Below, piece after piece: positions 26,546 to 36,839 of a stretch of 38,949 bases of DNA (its first letter is position 1; every line of letters starts with the position of its first letter). This DNA comes from Pseudomonadota bacterium (GTDB lineage: Bacteria > Pseudomonadota > Gammaproteobacteria > Burkholderiales > Eutrophovitaceae). The translations under genes and the position numbers were made by a program. Where the stretch lies: NCBI GenBank assembly GCA_002704665.1, contig PAHB01000075.1, positions 1-38,949 of the forward strand. The letters run 5' to 3'. The notes below the pieces were generated by a model that worked only from the letters and a program-made list of their open reading frames with translations, had not been told where the DNA came from and did not search any database.

Positions 26546-26953
26546 TTATTTATCGACTAGCTCATCTATATTTGTAATTACGATTTGCTTTGTTATTCCA
26601 TTCTCATCAATTACTACATGATCAGTGCCAATGATTGATATTTTCATACCAGCCCTGATGGTTTCATTTACTCGATAGTATTCTACTGGTTTTTTATTAA
26701 TCGAGATTACCGCTACACTTTCTTTTTTATTTGACGCTTGAATTAACCCTTTAAGCTCGATATCTTCAACAATTTCATCCGTTTTAAATTTCGAGTCGAA
26801 AATATATTTAAGAGCCATTGGTACTTCAATATCTACACTATAGTTTTGTTTGTGAAATGCTGGAATGCTGGTGGGTGCGGCAATTTGGGATATCCAATAG
26901 CCGATAGAAAAAAAAATTAATAAAAGTAGACAGCTTGAAATTATTTTATTCAT
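26546..26953 (-). CDS. gspC: minimal GspC-like T2SS protein (TM helix plus HR domain only)
   Basis: 135 aa with an N-terminal TM helix (IISSCLLLLIFFSIGYWI). The segment IELKGLIQASNKKESVAVISINKKPVEYYRVNETIRAGMKISIIGTDHVVIDENGITKQIVI fits the GspC HR / PilP-like pattern. It sits immediately after gspF. Confidence 0.55.
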   Translation of the reverse strand: MNKIISSCLLLLIFFSIGYWISQIAAPTSIPAFHKQNYSVDIEVPMALKYIFDSKFKTDEIVEDIELKGLIQASNKKESVAVISINKKPVEYYRVNETIRAGMKISIIGTDHVVIDENGITKQIVITNIDELVDK

Positions 26954-26991
26954 AAAAATCTATTAATATATATTTTTTCTATATTTATATT

Positions 26992-27000
26992 ATTATAACA
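26992..27000 (-). promoter_or_regulatory. possible extended -10 promoter element for the gspC-like gene
   Basis: The minus strand reads TGTTATAAT (TGnTATAAT consensus) about 40 nt upstream of the ATG at 26953, inside the only sizeable gap within the T2SS cluster. The gap is AT-rich, so a chance match is possible. Confidence 0.25.
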
Positions 27001-27054
27001 ATTTTTTCTGACAGCCAATCATTAATTATTTTAAGACAAAATCGGTTTGATTTA

Positions 27055-28275
27055 TTATTGAATTAATTGGTTTATCTCAATAATAGGCATCAATACGGCT
27101 AAGACAATAACTAACACGAACCCTCCCATACATAAAATCAAGGCAGGTTCTAAAAGATTAGCGATAAACAGTGTTCTTCGCTCTAGTTCATCTTCCTGAG
27201 ATTTAGAAGCACGAGTAAGCATATCGGATAAAGAGCCGGTGATTTCCCCCGCTCGCGTCATGTGTATTAGTATTGGTGGAAAATTGCGATGCAAAGAAAG
27301 AGCTCTTGAGAGGCTCATTCCTTCCCTAACGTTTTCTATCACGATATCAATCTCTAGTTTCATTACGCTATTGGAAAGAGTGTTTTTACTGCTTTTAAGA
27401 GCTTCTAAAATTGGGACTCCAGCAGCCGAAGAAATTGCGAGGGTACTAGTGAATCTAACAGAATTTAAAGTCCTTTCGAATTTCCCGTAACCCGGAAAAT
27501 TTAATAAGAAATTATGCCACTTAATTTTTATATTTTTATTACGCAAACTAAACCGGAAGATCATGAAAAGAAGAATAAAAAAAATGAAGAACAAAAGGCC
27601 CCAATCTAAGATTAAAGTTGAGACAGTTAGCATTACCTGTGTGAGTATTGGTAGATCTTGCTGGGTCTGTACGAAAACCGAAACTACTTGAGGAACAACA
27701 TAGGTTAATAAAAAAATGACTACTAATAATGCTACGACTGTTACTATTGCGGGGTAAGTAAAAGCAAGTCGTACTTTGTTAATTAATGAGTGCCTTCGTT
27801 CTAAATATGTGGCTAACTGTGCTAGCACAGTAGATAAACGTCCAATTTGTTCTCCAGATCTTACAAGACCTCTAAACGTTTCTGAAAAATCTATAGGATA
27901 TAATGAAAGTGCTTGAGAAAAAGCCATTCCTGAGTTAACCTCAGCTCGAATCGATGTTAGTAATTCTCTTGTATAGTTACGCTCGGCCTGCTCAATTAAA
28001 GCTGATAGCGCTTTTTCCAGCGGCAGTGATGCTTCCAAGAGAGATGCTAGTTGTCTGGTAAATAGTACTAATTCATTGAATGATAATTTTTGGGTGAAGA
28101 GAGTTTTTGTTGAGTACGATTGTTTGCCGGATTCCGAGTGAATTTCCTCAATATCGAGTATGGTCATATTTTTCGATCGGAGTTCGTTTTTTGCTGATCG
28201 AAGGCTATCAGAGGTAAGTGATCCGATTTCCTGCGTTCCCTCGCCGGATACAACCCTGTATCTATATGCTGGCAT
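27055..28275 (-). CDS. gspF: type II secretion system inner-membrane platform protein GspF
   Basis: 406 aa with a duplicated GspF-type domain and three hydrophobic segments. It follows gspE directly. Confidence 0.9.
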   Translation of the reverse strand: MPAYRYRVVSGEGTQEIGSLTSDSLRSAKNELRSKNMTILDIEEIHSESGKQSYSTKTLFTQKLSFNELVLFTRQLASLLEASLPLEKALSALIEQAERNYTRELLTSIRAEVNSGMAFSQALSLYPIDFSETFRGLVRSGEQIGRLSTVLAQLATYLERRHSLINKVRLAFTYPAIVTVVALLVVIFLLTYVVPQVVSVFVQTQQDLPILTQVMLTVSTLILDWGLLFFIFFILLFMIFRFSLRNKNIKIKWHNFLLNFPGYGKFERTLNSVRFTSTLAISSAAGVPILEALKSSKNTLSNSVMKLEIDIVIENVREGMSLSRALSLHRNFPPILIHMTRAGEITGSLSDMLTRASKSQEDELERRTLFIANLLEPALILCMGGFVLVIVLAVLMPIIEINQLIQ

Positions 28276-28282
28276 TGGCGTA

Positions 28283-29710
28283 CTACTCTTTCGTTACCCT
28301 AATTATTTCTGATTCGGTTGTAATCCCGGTTTCAAGCCATCGCTCACCGTCTTCTCGCATATTCTTCATTCCGCCTTTACGAGCCATAAGCCTGATTTCT
28401 GATTCTGGAGCATTAGTATGGATAAGTTCTCTTAATTGTTCGTCTAGTACTAGCGTTTCATAGATTCCTATTCTTCCATCATATCCGGTTTTATTACAAG
28501 CACTGCATCCGGTTGCCTGCCACTCGGATTCAACTTTTTGTCGACATTTGATACACAATTTTCTGACCAAACGTTGACCTATAATCCCCATCAGAGAAGA
28601 TGAAAGTAAAAAAGGTTCTATACCCATATCAAGAAGTCTTGTAATTGCAGCTACTGAATCGTTAGTGTGTAGCGTAGCTAGCACTAAATGACCAGTAAGT
28701 GAAGCTTGTACCGCAATCTGCGCTGTCTCTAAATCTCTTATTTCGCCTATCATTAGCACGTCTGGATCTTGCCTTAGAATAGCCCTAAGGGCCTTTCCGA
28801 AGTTTAGTCCAATTAGCGGATTAACCTGAGTCTGTCCGACTCCCGATAATTCATACTCTATGGGATCTTCTACCGTTAAAATATTACGTGCTGTTTCATT
28901 CAACTTTGTAAGAGACGCGTATAAGGTGGTCGTCTTACCTGATCCAGTAGGCCCTGTTACTAAAATGATGCCATTGGGTTGCGACAAAAGAGAATTCACT
29001 GCTTTTAAGCTATCAGAACTCATCCCCAGTTCTTTTAAATCTTTTCTGCCTTCTTCTTTATCTAAAAGTCTTAGAACAGCGCGTTCACCATAACCTGTTG
29101 GAAGGGTAGATACCCTAACATCGACAGGTTTTCCACCGATTCTTATTGTTATTCGACCATCTTGTGGAAGTCTTTTTTCGGCAATATCTAACTGCGACAT
29201 AATTTTAATCCTTGAAACTAACGAGCTATGGATAGCTTTCTTAGGTCTCGCAATTTCTCTTAACTGTCCATCCACCCTGAATCTAACGATAGATATCGTC
29301 TCGAACGGTTCAATGTGAATATCAGACGATCCTTCTCGAAGAGCTTGTGTTAACAACGCATTAATCATTCGGATTACCGGAGCGTCATCTGCAGATTCTA
29401 GTAAATCCTCTATCTCTGGCATATCCTCTAATAATCGCGCTAAATCAACGTCTGATTCAAATTCATCTAAAACTTGAGCCGCATCAGTTGTAATATTTTG
29501 ATAAGATTTTTTTATCGCAGTATCTATTTGGTTTTTGCTGGCAATTGTAAGCTCGATACAACCATATTTCCTATTTACCTCGCTGATTGCAAATGCTGGG
29601 GTTTCCCCGCAAGACCAAACCTGAACGTGATCACTGGCTCTAGCGATGATTGAAAATTTTCGGGCGAAACTAAACGGTAATAATCTCGCGTCATTTGGTA
29701 ATTCCAGCAT
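28283..29710 (-). CDS. gspE: type II secretion system ATPase GspE
   Basis: N-terminal LPFSFARKF, Walker A GPTGSGKTTT and the tetracysteine CIKC...CSAC. I prefer the ATG at 29710 (Met21), 16 nt after the gspD stop. The ORF track's start at 29770 would overlap gspD by 44 nt. Confidence 0.9.
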   Translation of the reverse strand: MLELPNDARLLPFSFARKFSIIARASDHVQVWSCGETPAFAISEVNRKYGCIELTIASKNQIDTAIKKSYQNITTDAAQVLDEFESDVDLARLLEDMPEIEDLLESADDAPVIRMINALLTQALREGSSDIHIEPFETISIVRFRVDGQLREIARPKKAIHSSLVSRIKIMSQLDIAEKRLPQDGRITIRIGGKPVDVRVSTLPTGYGERAVLRLLDKEEGRKDLKELGMSSDSLKAVNSLLSQPNGIILVTGPTGSGKTTTLYASLTKLNETARNILTVEDPIEYELSGVGQTQVNPLIGLNFGKALRAILRQDPDVLMIGEIRDLETAQIAVQASLTGHLVLATLHTNDSVAAITRLLDMGIEPFLLSSSLMGIIGQRLVRKLCIKCRQKVESEWQATGCSACNKTGYDGRIGIYETLVLDEQLRELIHTNAPESEIRLMARKGGMKNMREDGERWLETGITTESEIIRVTKE

Positions 29711-29726
29711 GTCAGTCACGCCTGGC

Positions 29727-31781
29727 CTATTCTTCTTCCATGTTATCCGATGCTTCATCTCCTGCAGCATTCTGTTTGATAGGTTTGAATCGCTTGCGGG
29801 TGAAGTTAATGGTATTTGGTAGAGAATTCATTAGCGTGTCATTGTCGTCACCAGGTAGTTGGGGGAGTATTGGATATTCTTCAAATGACACATCTGGGTT
29901 AGTGGCGCCTATGTAGTCATAGCGATCAGCGGTGAGAGCCGAGCTTTCAATTGCGGTTCTCAATACGGTGGGTCGAATAAATACCATTAGGTTTGTTTTT
30001 GCTCGTGCTTTTGATTGAAACTGAAATAATCTTCCAAAAATAGGCAAATCTCCCAAAAGAGGTATTTTTTGTACTGTATCACTTATGGTGTCCTCAATTA
30101 AACCACCGAGGACGATAATATCCCCATCGTTCACTAGTACATGTGTTTCTAGAGACCTTTTATTGGTTATAAGCCCTGAGGTGGTTGTTTCTTGAATACT
30201 TGATGTTTCCTGATAAATAGCCATCTTAACAGTGCCACCCTCTGAAATTTGAGGTCGTATTTGCAAAGAGAGTCCTACATCTTTTCTCTCTATCGTTTGA
30301 AAGGGGTTGACGCCTGCGCTGGAGTTGGTAGCTGAAAATTGTCCGGTGATAAATGGTACATTTTTTCCGACCATGATTTTAGCTTCTTCATTATCAAGCG
30401 TAATTAAATTCGGCATTGATAAAATATTTGCTTTTGCAACATTTTCTAGTGCTGCTGCTAGACCAGTTAAACCTGAAACATCAGTGCTTTCGGAAAGATT
30501 TAATATGGCAGAGCCAGCAGAGTTTATAAGATTATCGGAAACACCGGCGAGTAGACCAATTCTTACATCGCTAGTGCTAGTTCCAGAAACACCCGCCCAT
30601 TGTATTCCGAACGCCTCTGCCTTATCCGCACTTACCTCAACGATTAGCGATTCAACATAAACTTGAGCTCGCCTAGAGTCTAACTGATCAATAATCATTC
30701 GAAGACTTCTATAAGTATCTTCATTTGCCGCAATTATAAGTGTATTAGTGGTAGGGTCAGCCTGAATAAATCCTCCTGCTCCAGAATCTATAGCTTGTGG
30801 TGAACTGTTGGCAGCGGAGCTTGTATAAGTAGCATTGTTATTATTAGAATCAGGGAGAACGGTTCGGGTTGCAACTGATCTTAACACTTGAGCTAGCTGG
30901 ACAGAGTCGGCGTTTTTTAAATGCACCAAATGCACGTTGCTACTCGTATTAAGCGGTTGGTCCAGCTTGTTGATTAAAGACTCAGCTAATAGTATTCGTT
31001 TTTTCGAGGAGGACTTTAGTATTATAGAATTTGTACGTCTATCAGCCATGAAAAGAACTCGGTCAACAGATTTGGCATTCGGGTTACCATTTGATTCATT
31101 TAGTATTCTGTCTGCAATTGTTACCAATTCGCTGGCAACTGCATTTTTGATAGCTACTACTTGTATGTTTTCTTGGTTTTTTGGGGTATCAAGAAGTGTG
31201 ATGATTCTTTGAAGTCGAGATTGGTTTTCCTCATAATCTGTAATAACTAAACTGTTATTAGAATCACTTGCGGTGATCACGTTGTTGGGTGTTACCAAAG
31301 GCTTCAAAACGGGGATCAGGCTACTGGCAATTTCATTTTCAAGACGATATATCTTGGTAGTAATTTGACCAGTTATTTCTGAGGTGACAGTATCAACTGA
31401 AGAGTGTCTTTTACCATCAGCCTCTGGGATTACCATTACATAGCCTTCAGCTTGCATTAACGCGAATCCCCTTAATTTTAAAGATAGTGCTAAGAGAGAG
31501 TAAGCTTCTTTTTTTGTCACCGGAGTTTCAGATACTAAGTTAATTTTGCCTTTTACTCGTGGATCAAATATAAACGTTTTCCCCGTAAATTTTCCTATCG
31601 CTCTCACAACTACTTTTAAGTTAGTATCAACAAAATTAAGATTTGCTTTATTTTCAGGAAGCTCTTCCGCAGAACATGGCAATGCCATTACCAGACAGAT
31701 AATAATAAACGGAATGAGTCCTATGGAAGCATATCCTTTTACTGACTTTTTTAGAATAATATTTTCTACGATAATTGACAT
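29727..31781 (-). CDS. gspD: type II secretion system secretin GspD
   Basis: 684 aa with a signal peptide. The C-terminal secretin block is VLGGLIEDTISDTVQKIPLLGDLPIFGRLFQF...NLMVFIRPTVL. Confidence 0.9.
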   Translation of the reverse strand: MSIIVENIILKKSVKGYASIGLIPFIIICLVMALPCSAEELPENKANLNFVDTNLKVVVRAIGKFTGKTFIFDPRVKGKINLVSETPVTKKEAYSLLALSLKLRGFALMQAEGYVMVIPEADGKRHSSVDTVTSEITGQITTKIYRLENEIASSLIPVLKPLVTPNNVITASDSNNSLVITDYEENQSRLQRIITLLDTPKNQENIQVVAIKNAVASELVTIADRILNESNGNPNAKSVDRVLFMADRRTNSIILKSSSKKRILLAESLINKLDQPLNTSSNVHLVHLKNADSVQLAQVLRSVATRTVLPDSNNNNATYTSSAANSSPQAIDSGAGGFIQADPTTNTLIIAANEDTYRSLRMIIDQLDSRRAQVYVESLIVEVSADKAEAFGIQWAGVSGTSTSDVRIGLLAGVSDNLINSAGSAILNLSESTDVSGLTGLAAALENVAKANILSMPNLITLDNEEAKIMVGKNVPFITGQFSATNSSAGVNPFQTIERKDVGLSLQIRPQISEGGTVKMAIYQETSSIQETTTSGLITNKRSLETHVLVNDGDIIVLGGLIEDTISDTVQKIPLLGDLPIFGRLFQFQSKARAKTNLMVFIRPTVLRTAIESSALTADRYDYIGATNPDVSFEEYPILPQLPGDDNDTLMNSLPNTINFTRKRFKPIKQNAAGDEASDNMEEE

Positions 31782-31783
31782 AA

Positions 31784-32554
31784 TTAAAATTTTAAACTAA
31801 TCACTTCTTCTCCAGCTATGGTTTCCCATTGACCTAACAAATTCATTAAATTTTTTAGCTGTTTTTTTTCTCTGCCTGCTCTTGCTTGACCCATAAATTG
31901 GAATCTACCTGGGGCAATTTCCCCTTTGCCACTTAGTAATAATGGTCCTTCCTTCGTTTTTAGTTCCATCTCGCCAGAATCACCGTTCCAGTCAAATTCC
32001 ATTCGATAGTGTCCTAATGGTTTTATCGGTGACAGTTTTGTAGCGATATTATTTAAGTCAAGTGTCATTTTGCCATATATTTTAGGTAATGAGTTATCAA
32101 AAAACATTATTATGATTTCTGTCCATGAAAGTTCTAGTTCGCCGCTAGGATCAATTGTGTTAAAAGGAGCGCCGATCTCTTTAAGTTTTTCGCTAGGGAT
32201 TTTTATTGTAGACGAGGCTAGTTGATAATTATTCCAACGACCCTTAACTATTATTGAGTCTTTCAATACGTCTGGATTATGAATTTCGACTTCAATTAGT
32301 CCTAAAAACAACTTGGGCGATAATTTCCACGAAAATCTTCCGGGTAATATGCTCACGGCCTGACCTTCAAGGCCATGAGGCTTCGCTATTATTACCGAAC
32401 CATTCCAAACACTTCCACGGGTATCTGCAAAGGTAAATATTTTTTGTGTTGATAAGTCTAGTATTTGAGTTATCCATGAGGCTGGAGGCGAAAAAATTAA
32501 TCCGCCCATTAGCGCAATAATTAAGACAATTAAGAACCCTAATTTTTTTAACAT
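31784..32554 (-). CDS. gspN: type II secretion system protein GspN
   Basis: 256 aa with an N-terminal TM helix. Called from its position between gspM and gspD and from the size typical of GspN. Confidence 0.6.
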   Translation of the reverse strand: MLKKLGFLIVLIIALMGGLIFSPPASWITQILDLSTQKIFTFADTRGSVWNGSVIIAKPHGLEGQAVSILPGRFSWKLSPKLFLGLIEVEIHNPDVLKDSIIVKGRWNNYQLASSTIKIPSEKLKEIGAPFNTIDPSGELELSWTEIIIMFFDNSLPKIYGKMTLDLNNIATKLSPIKPLGHYRMEFDWNGDSGEMELKTKEGPLLLSGKGEIAPGRFQFMGQARAGREKKQLKNLMNLLGQWETIAGEEVISLKF

Positions 32555-32558
32555 GCTA

Positions 32559-33080
32559 TTAAATTCCGTGTTTTAGAGTCAAGCTAGCTTTTACGAGGGG
32601 AGAGTCTGTATTACGTGTAATAATTGCATTGTTTGTGATTAAATTTCCTGTCTGTTTTATTTTAATAAGCCAATTAACTAGGTTTAAAAATTGAACAGAT
32701 TCAATTTCTATATGATAAAGATTATTCGTGCTCGAAATAAAAGGGCCAACAAACCCCTTCTCAGACATAGAATCATACAAAAAGTTAATGACTGATTCTG
32801 GATTGCCCGCTTTTAGTAAGTCGGACTTTGGTATCAAATACACTAACTGACTAATTTCCTCAAATTGGCTTGTTAATGTAGCAATACGGTTTTGTTTTTT
32901 TTGTATGTTGTTTATTAATGGAGTAATAAAAAAAACAGTCCAAAAAAATATAGTGGTAACAATTATTAATGCGGTGATGAAGGTTTGCATCGGCCGTGTT
33001 CGTGTGTTCCAAAGTCTGGAAAAAGTCCTAATATTTTCACGAAAAAAATTAGAATCTACTGAGCGTTGCTTATTTTCCAT
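32559..33080 (-). CDS. gspM: type II secretion system protein GspM
   Basis: 173 aa, bitopic (TM helix FITALIIVTTIFFWTVFFI). Called from its position after gspL. Confidence 0.65.
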   Translation of the reverse strand: MENKQRSVDSNFFRENIRTFSRLWNTRTRPMQTFITALIIVTTIFFWTVFFITPLINNIQKKQNRIATLTSQFEEISQLVYLIPKSDLLKAGNPESVINFLYDSMSEKGFVGPFISSTNNLYHIEIESVQFLNLVNWLIKIKQTGNLITNNAIITRNTDSPLVKASLTLKHGI

Positions 33081-34363
33081 ATTATACCTTTATCACTAGA
33101 AGAAGACTCCGTGACGGACAGTCCTAGTTCAGTGAAAATATTTGTCTTGTTTTCGAGAGATATTTTTTGGTTTTTTTCAAAATGCACAAAGAGGTTTTTA
33201 TTTCTATATTCCACTGATAGTATCCCCGGCATATCGCCGTCATCGATTTGAGATGTGGAGAGCGTTTCTCGAAGTTCGCCTAAACCGGTTAGTAAATTTA
33301 TAAAGCCATCAGGTGTAGAAAGTGAAGTGCTGTAATTTTGATCTATTTTTTGTCTCATTTGGCGAACAGGATCTAATATCACGGTTTCGTCTGGGAAATG
33401 CTTCAGAAATAGTTTTTTTGTTTCGGCATTTAAATATGAAACTTCTTGATCCAAATTAGACTTGTATAAATAAAGAGCAAAGCTATTTATAATTAAGAGT
33501 GAGAGGGCTAAAGTCAAAGATGATCTCCACTTTGAAAAATTTAGGTGTGACCGACGCTTCTCTCCTAAAAATGATGAAAAGTTTATGATATGTGGGATAC
33601 TTTTTGATAGGTTTTTCGTTAGGTTTTCCTGTTCAAGCGATATTTGTATATTATTTGGACTAATGTTCTCTAGAGCCGCTCTAAATTCCTCCTTATCTTT
33701 ATTCGGAACTTGTAAGGTCAATTGTTTGCCGCCAATCATATGCAACAAAAGTTCTACTATCTTTTTAGAAATATTTAATTCTTTCTGTTTTTTTACCGAA
33801 AAACAAAAAAAGTCGTAGTTTCCAGATCTCAAAGAAATAGTTTTAGATTTGTCATGGTTTGTTACTCTTGCAAATAAATTTTCAGACTCAGGTTCCGGTA
33901 TGCTGAGTTGTTCAGGTAAAAAATACACGGATTCAGTAAACTGTATGCCTATTAGTTTTTCTATGTTTTTCGCGTATTTTTTATCGTAAGCCAGAACAAC
34001 TTGTTTATTATCGTACCTACCCCCTGAAAGAAGGAATGTATCAGTGGGGTCTGTTAATAGGTGCTCTTCAGCTAAATTTGGCAGTGCAAGTTCTAAGTCA
34101 ACATCTGATAATCTAGGACATTTCACAAGCATGATATTAACCTCGCTGCTTGCTAATACGAGGACGAGACGGTGAGAGTTTTTCGCTTTTATATTTATTT
34201 GGACCGAATTGATTTCTTTAGCAGTTTCCAATTCTCCATTTTCGTTCATTTCCACACTAACAAATGAGAATTGTCCCGAAGCAGAAGTTTGTTGTATTTC
34301 CTCTGAGGGAGGAATAAAAACAAATAAGATTTTTTGTTTCTTACTTAAAAGTCTTTTAACCAT
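33056..34363 (-). CDS. gspL: type II secretion system protein GspL
   Basis: 435 aa with a large cytoplasmic domain, a single TM helix near residue 290 (LTLALSLLIINSFALYLY) and a short periplasmic domain. Called partly from its position after gspK. Confidence 0.65.
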   Translation of the reverse strand: MVKRLLSKKQKILFVFIPPSEEIQQTSASGQFSFVSVEMNENGELETAKEINSVQINIKAKNSHRLVLVLASSEVNIMLVKCPRLSDVDLELALPNLAEEHLLTDPTDTFLLSGGRYDNKQVVLAYDKKYAKNIEKLIGIQFTESVYFLPEQLSIPEPESENLFARVTNHDKSKTISLRSGNYDFFCFSVKKQKELNISKKIVELLLHMIGGKQLTLQVPNKDKEEFRAALENISPNNIQISLEQENLTKNLSKSIPHIINFSSFLGEKRRSHLNFSKWRSSLTLALSLLIINSFALYLYKSNLDQEVSYLNAETKKLFLKHFPDETVILDPVRQMRQKIDQNYSTSLSTPDGFINLLTGLGELRETLSTSQIDDGDMPGILSVEYRNKNLFVHFEKNQKISLENKTNIFTELGLSVTESSSSDKGIIWKISNAQ

Positions 34364-35280
34364 ACTAACTCAACACCTTGTGGTGATCGCTGAATCAAGC
34401 ATTTTTTTCGTATTAGTGATTGATTAATTTTCACTGTTCCTGTAATGAGAAAGAAATCTGTTTTTACAGTAATATTTTTTACGTTTGCATTTACTCCAAC
34501 CTGCCTTATTCTATTTAAAAAGTCAGCAGTATCCAGAAAAATAGCGTTATCTCTAATAGCTAAGACGTTTCTAGCATCAGTATAAGGTATATCTAACTCA
34601 GCCGCTATCACCTCCATCGATGCTGTATTAACGTTAGTTTTTGTTTGTTTGGGAAGCAGGATTACGTGGTTCTCTAAAATTGTCAATATTTCAGCATTGA
34701 AACTTTTTAATGCAAGAAAGTCAGATAATGTTTCAAAACCAATCTGCCCAGAAATATATTTATCACTTCGCACAAATTGCTGCTGCTGCTTAGCCAGTTC
34801 TTTTGCTATTGTACTTGCGAGTTTTTGGGAAATTTTTAATTGCTTTAGAAGGCGAGCGAAAATATTAACCTCCTCAGTTATAACTTGTCCATTTGAAGCT
34901 AGACGCCTCGCGTTAAATTTTCCTTGGGCGTCTGATATTACTCCCGATAGCACTGCATTTACAGCGGGACTTTGTACTTTTGAGTCCTTTACATAGCGAT
35001 CGAGGCGGGTATCCATAAGAGGCGTATTCCAAGGTTCCGACAGATCGTCGGTGGTAGAAAACTTTGCATCTTCTAATAAAATGAGCTTAGCCCAGTCAAG
35101 TGCTCCTTTCAAAATCCAATGCTGTTGTAACTGTAGTCTTTGATTTTCAATAGATCGAACTTGTACTTGTTGCTCCCAAAATAGACTGGTGACAATCGAA
35201 AGGCAAAGTACCGTAAGAAGAAGAACGGTTACTATTGCTACACCATTTTCATTACCGCTGTTTTTAGTGGCGGATATCAT
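34345..35280 (-). CDS. gspK: type II secretion system minor pseudopilin GspK
   Basis: 311 aa with the hydrophobic N-terminus GVAIVTVLLLTVL, which lacks the +5 Glu as is typical for GspK. ATGA overlap with gspJ. Confidence 0.75.
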   Translation of the reverse strand: MISATKNSGNENGVAIVTVLLLTVLCLSIVTSLFWEQQVQVRSIENQRLQLQQHWILKGALDWAKLILLEDAKFSTTDDLSEPWNTPLMDTRLDRYVKDSKVQSPAVNAVLSGVISDAQGKFNARRLASNGQVITEEVNIFARLLKQLKISQKLASTIAKELAKQQQQFVRSDKYISGQIGFETLSDFLALKSFNAEILTILENHVILLPKQTKTNVNTASMEVIAAELDIPYTDARNVLAIRDNAIFLDTADFLNRIRQVGVNANVKNITVKTDFFLITGTVKINQSLIRKKCLIQRSPQGVELVWLKDF

Positions 35281-35957
35281 GGACCTAGTGCCACAATTTT
35301 AGTTATAGACGATTGCCGATTCGTAAATTTAATAGCTAGCGAAAGCCCTTTCCAGCTAGACTTCCATATTTGGGCTGCGGAGATCGGAGGTTTTGAATTT
35401 TTCTCAGGTGAATTTAATGGCGACAAATCCGCCATCTCCCATTTTTTTAAATTCTGATCCCAGAGGTTGATTTCTATCTTATCTATGCTGCTAAGCAAAG
35501 AAATCGGAGGATTACTTACATTTGCTTCCTGTTGAATGAAGTATCTGTGCAAACTTTCAATTGATCTGGTAGTTGGGGAAGCCCATCGCATCAGATTTTC
35601 TTCTTCAAGATAATATTTGACTATTTGCACTCCTGGTGTGCCGTTTAAAAAGTGTGATTCTCGGCTTATAATTAGAACATTATTATTGATGGCTAATGGA
35701 GAGCGTCCGTTAATTCTATTAGGCTTGGCTAATTTCAAACAATCCGTTTGAAGTTGAGCAAAAACTATTTGGAGATTACGGATATTTTCAACATCTTCAG
35801 ATAACGTTCTTTGACTAAATATGATTGAGTCCAAGCCTTTCCAACCAAGTACAGCAATGATCCCTAAAATTGCAATTGCTAATAATAATTCAACGAGTGT
35901 AACTCCAGATTGGTTGAGATGTAATGATTTGTCTCTCTCAAATACCATCGGGAACAA
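35277..35957 (-). CDS. gspJ: type II secretion system minor pseudopilin GspJ
   Basis: 226 aa with the prepilin-type N-terminus SGVTLVELLLAIAILGII. Confidence 0.75.
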   Translation of the reverse strand: MFPMVFERDKSLHLNQSGVTLVELLLAIAILGIIAVLGWKGLDSIIFSQRTLSEDVENIRNLQIVFAQLQTDCLKLAKPNRINGRSPLAINNNVLIISRESHFLNGTPGVQIVKYYLEEENLMRWASPTTRSIESLHRYFIQQEANVSNPPISLLSSIDKIEINLWDQNLKKWEMADLSPLNSPEKNSKPPISAAQIWKSSWKGLSLAIKFTNRQSSITKIVALGP

Positions 35958-36324
35958 GTTGTGTTAGTTTTATTATTTGGTTTGTCGACTGATCATTCAA
36001 AAATACGCTAATTTCTACGCGCCGAAATAGTGGGTTGGGAGTTTGGAATACGACCTGTCTGCAACTGAACTGAAAGTCTCCTTGAGGGCATGGATATACT
36101 GTTTCCCCCAGCGGAGGCCATATTTGCGCTAGGCGAATTTGAGTTAATTGGTTTTCCGCTGACCAAGTAGACATTATCGCCACACTTAGATCACCATTAT
36201 TTTTTGTTAGACTGCCTACTGCTCGAAGGCTTGCACCGAGCGCGGTGGCCAATATGAATAATGCCACGAGGACCTCCAACAAAGTGAAGCCCTTGTCAAA
36301 ATTTCGGTTGGAGAAAAGTTTCAT
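35938..36324 (-). CDS. gspI: type II secretion system minor pseudopilin GspI
   Basis: 128 aa with the prepilin-type N-terminus KGFTLLEVLVALFILA. Confidence 0.8.
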   Translation of the reverse strand: MKLFSNRNFDKGFTLLEVLVALFILATALGASLRAVGSLTKNNGDLSVAIMSTWSAENQLTQIRLAQIWPPLGETVYPCPQGDFQFSCRQVVFQTPNPLFRRVEISVFLNDQSTNQIIKLTQLVPDGI

Positions 36325-36345
36325 GATCCTAATTGGACAAAATAA

Positions 36346-36819
36346 TCATCGAATTTCAAAATGACCAAGGCCATTTGAATAGATCGATGCTATATTATTT
36401 GCAGTTGCTAACTGCAATTTAAAAGGTTCCGACACTGGCTCAAAACCAAAAACGATTCTTACAAATTCTTCGGTCGTGTCGTGTAGATTAGAGGAAACAT
36501 GAATATTTAAAATCGGAAATTTTCTCTTTCTAAGAAAGTTGTCTTTTTCTATAGGATGCCACTTCTCTTCGATTTTAATGAAAAACTCATATTCCTCATC
36601 GTTAATGTGGACCGCTATAGATGTATTCCTTAGAATGGCCTCCTCACGGGCAAGTCTAAAAAGTGAAGCCAGCCTTTTTGCCTCCGTTTGCAGCTTTCTT
36701 CCGTCATTCTTATAAATTGAGACGGATGTGTACGTCATGACTATGCCAAAAATTAGCAAAACCGCCAATAATTCTAACAAGGTAAAGCCTGTAATTTTTT
36801 TATAGCTACTAGCACGCAT
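36346..36819 (-). CDS. gspH: type II secretion system minor pseudopilin GspH
   Basis: 157 aa with the prepilin-type N-terminus TGFTLLELLAVLLIFGIV. Confidence 0.8.
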   Translation of the reverse strand: MRASSYKKITGFTLLELLAVLLIFGIVMTYTSVSIYKNDGRKLQTEAKRLASLFRLAREEAILRNTSIAVHINDEEYEFFIKIEEKWHPIEKDNFLRKRKFPILNIHVSSNLHDTTEEFVRIVFGFEPVSEPFKLQLATANNIASIYSNGLGHFEIR

Positions 36820-36839
36820 TGAAGAATTTATTAGAAATA

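Noticed and set aside
34228-34272. An inverted repeat AATTCTC ... GAGAATT inside gspL that resembles the arms of the repeated hairpin motif.
   Set aside because: The arms are separated by 29 nt, the conserved flanks (TTTATT / AGAGAATG) are absent, and it lies within coding sequence. It is most likely a chance match.
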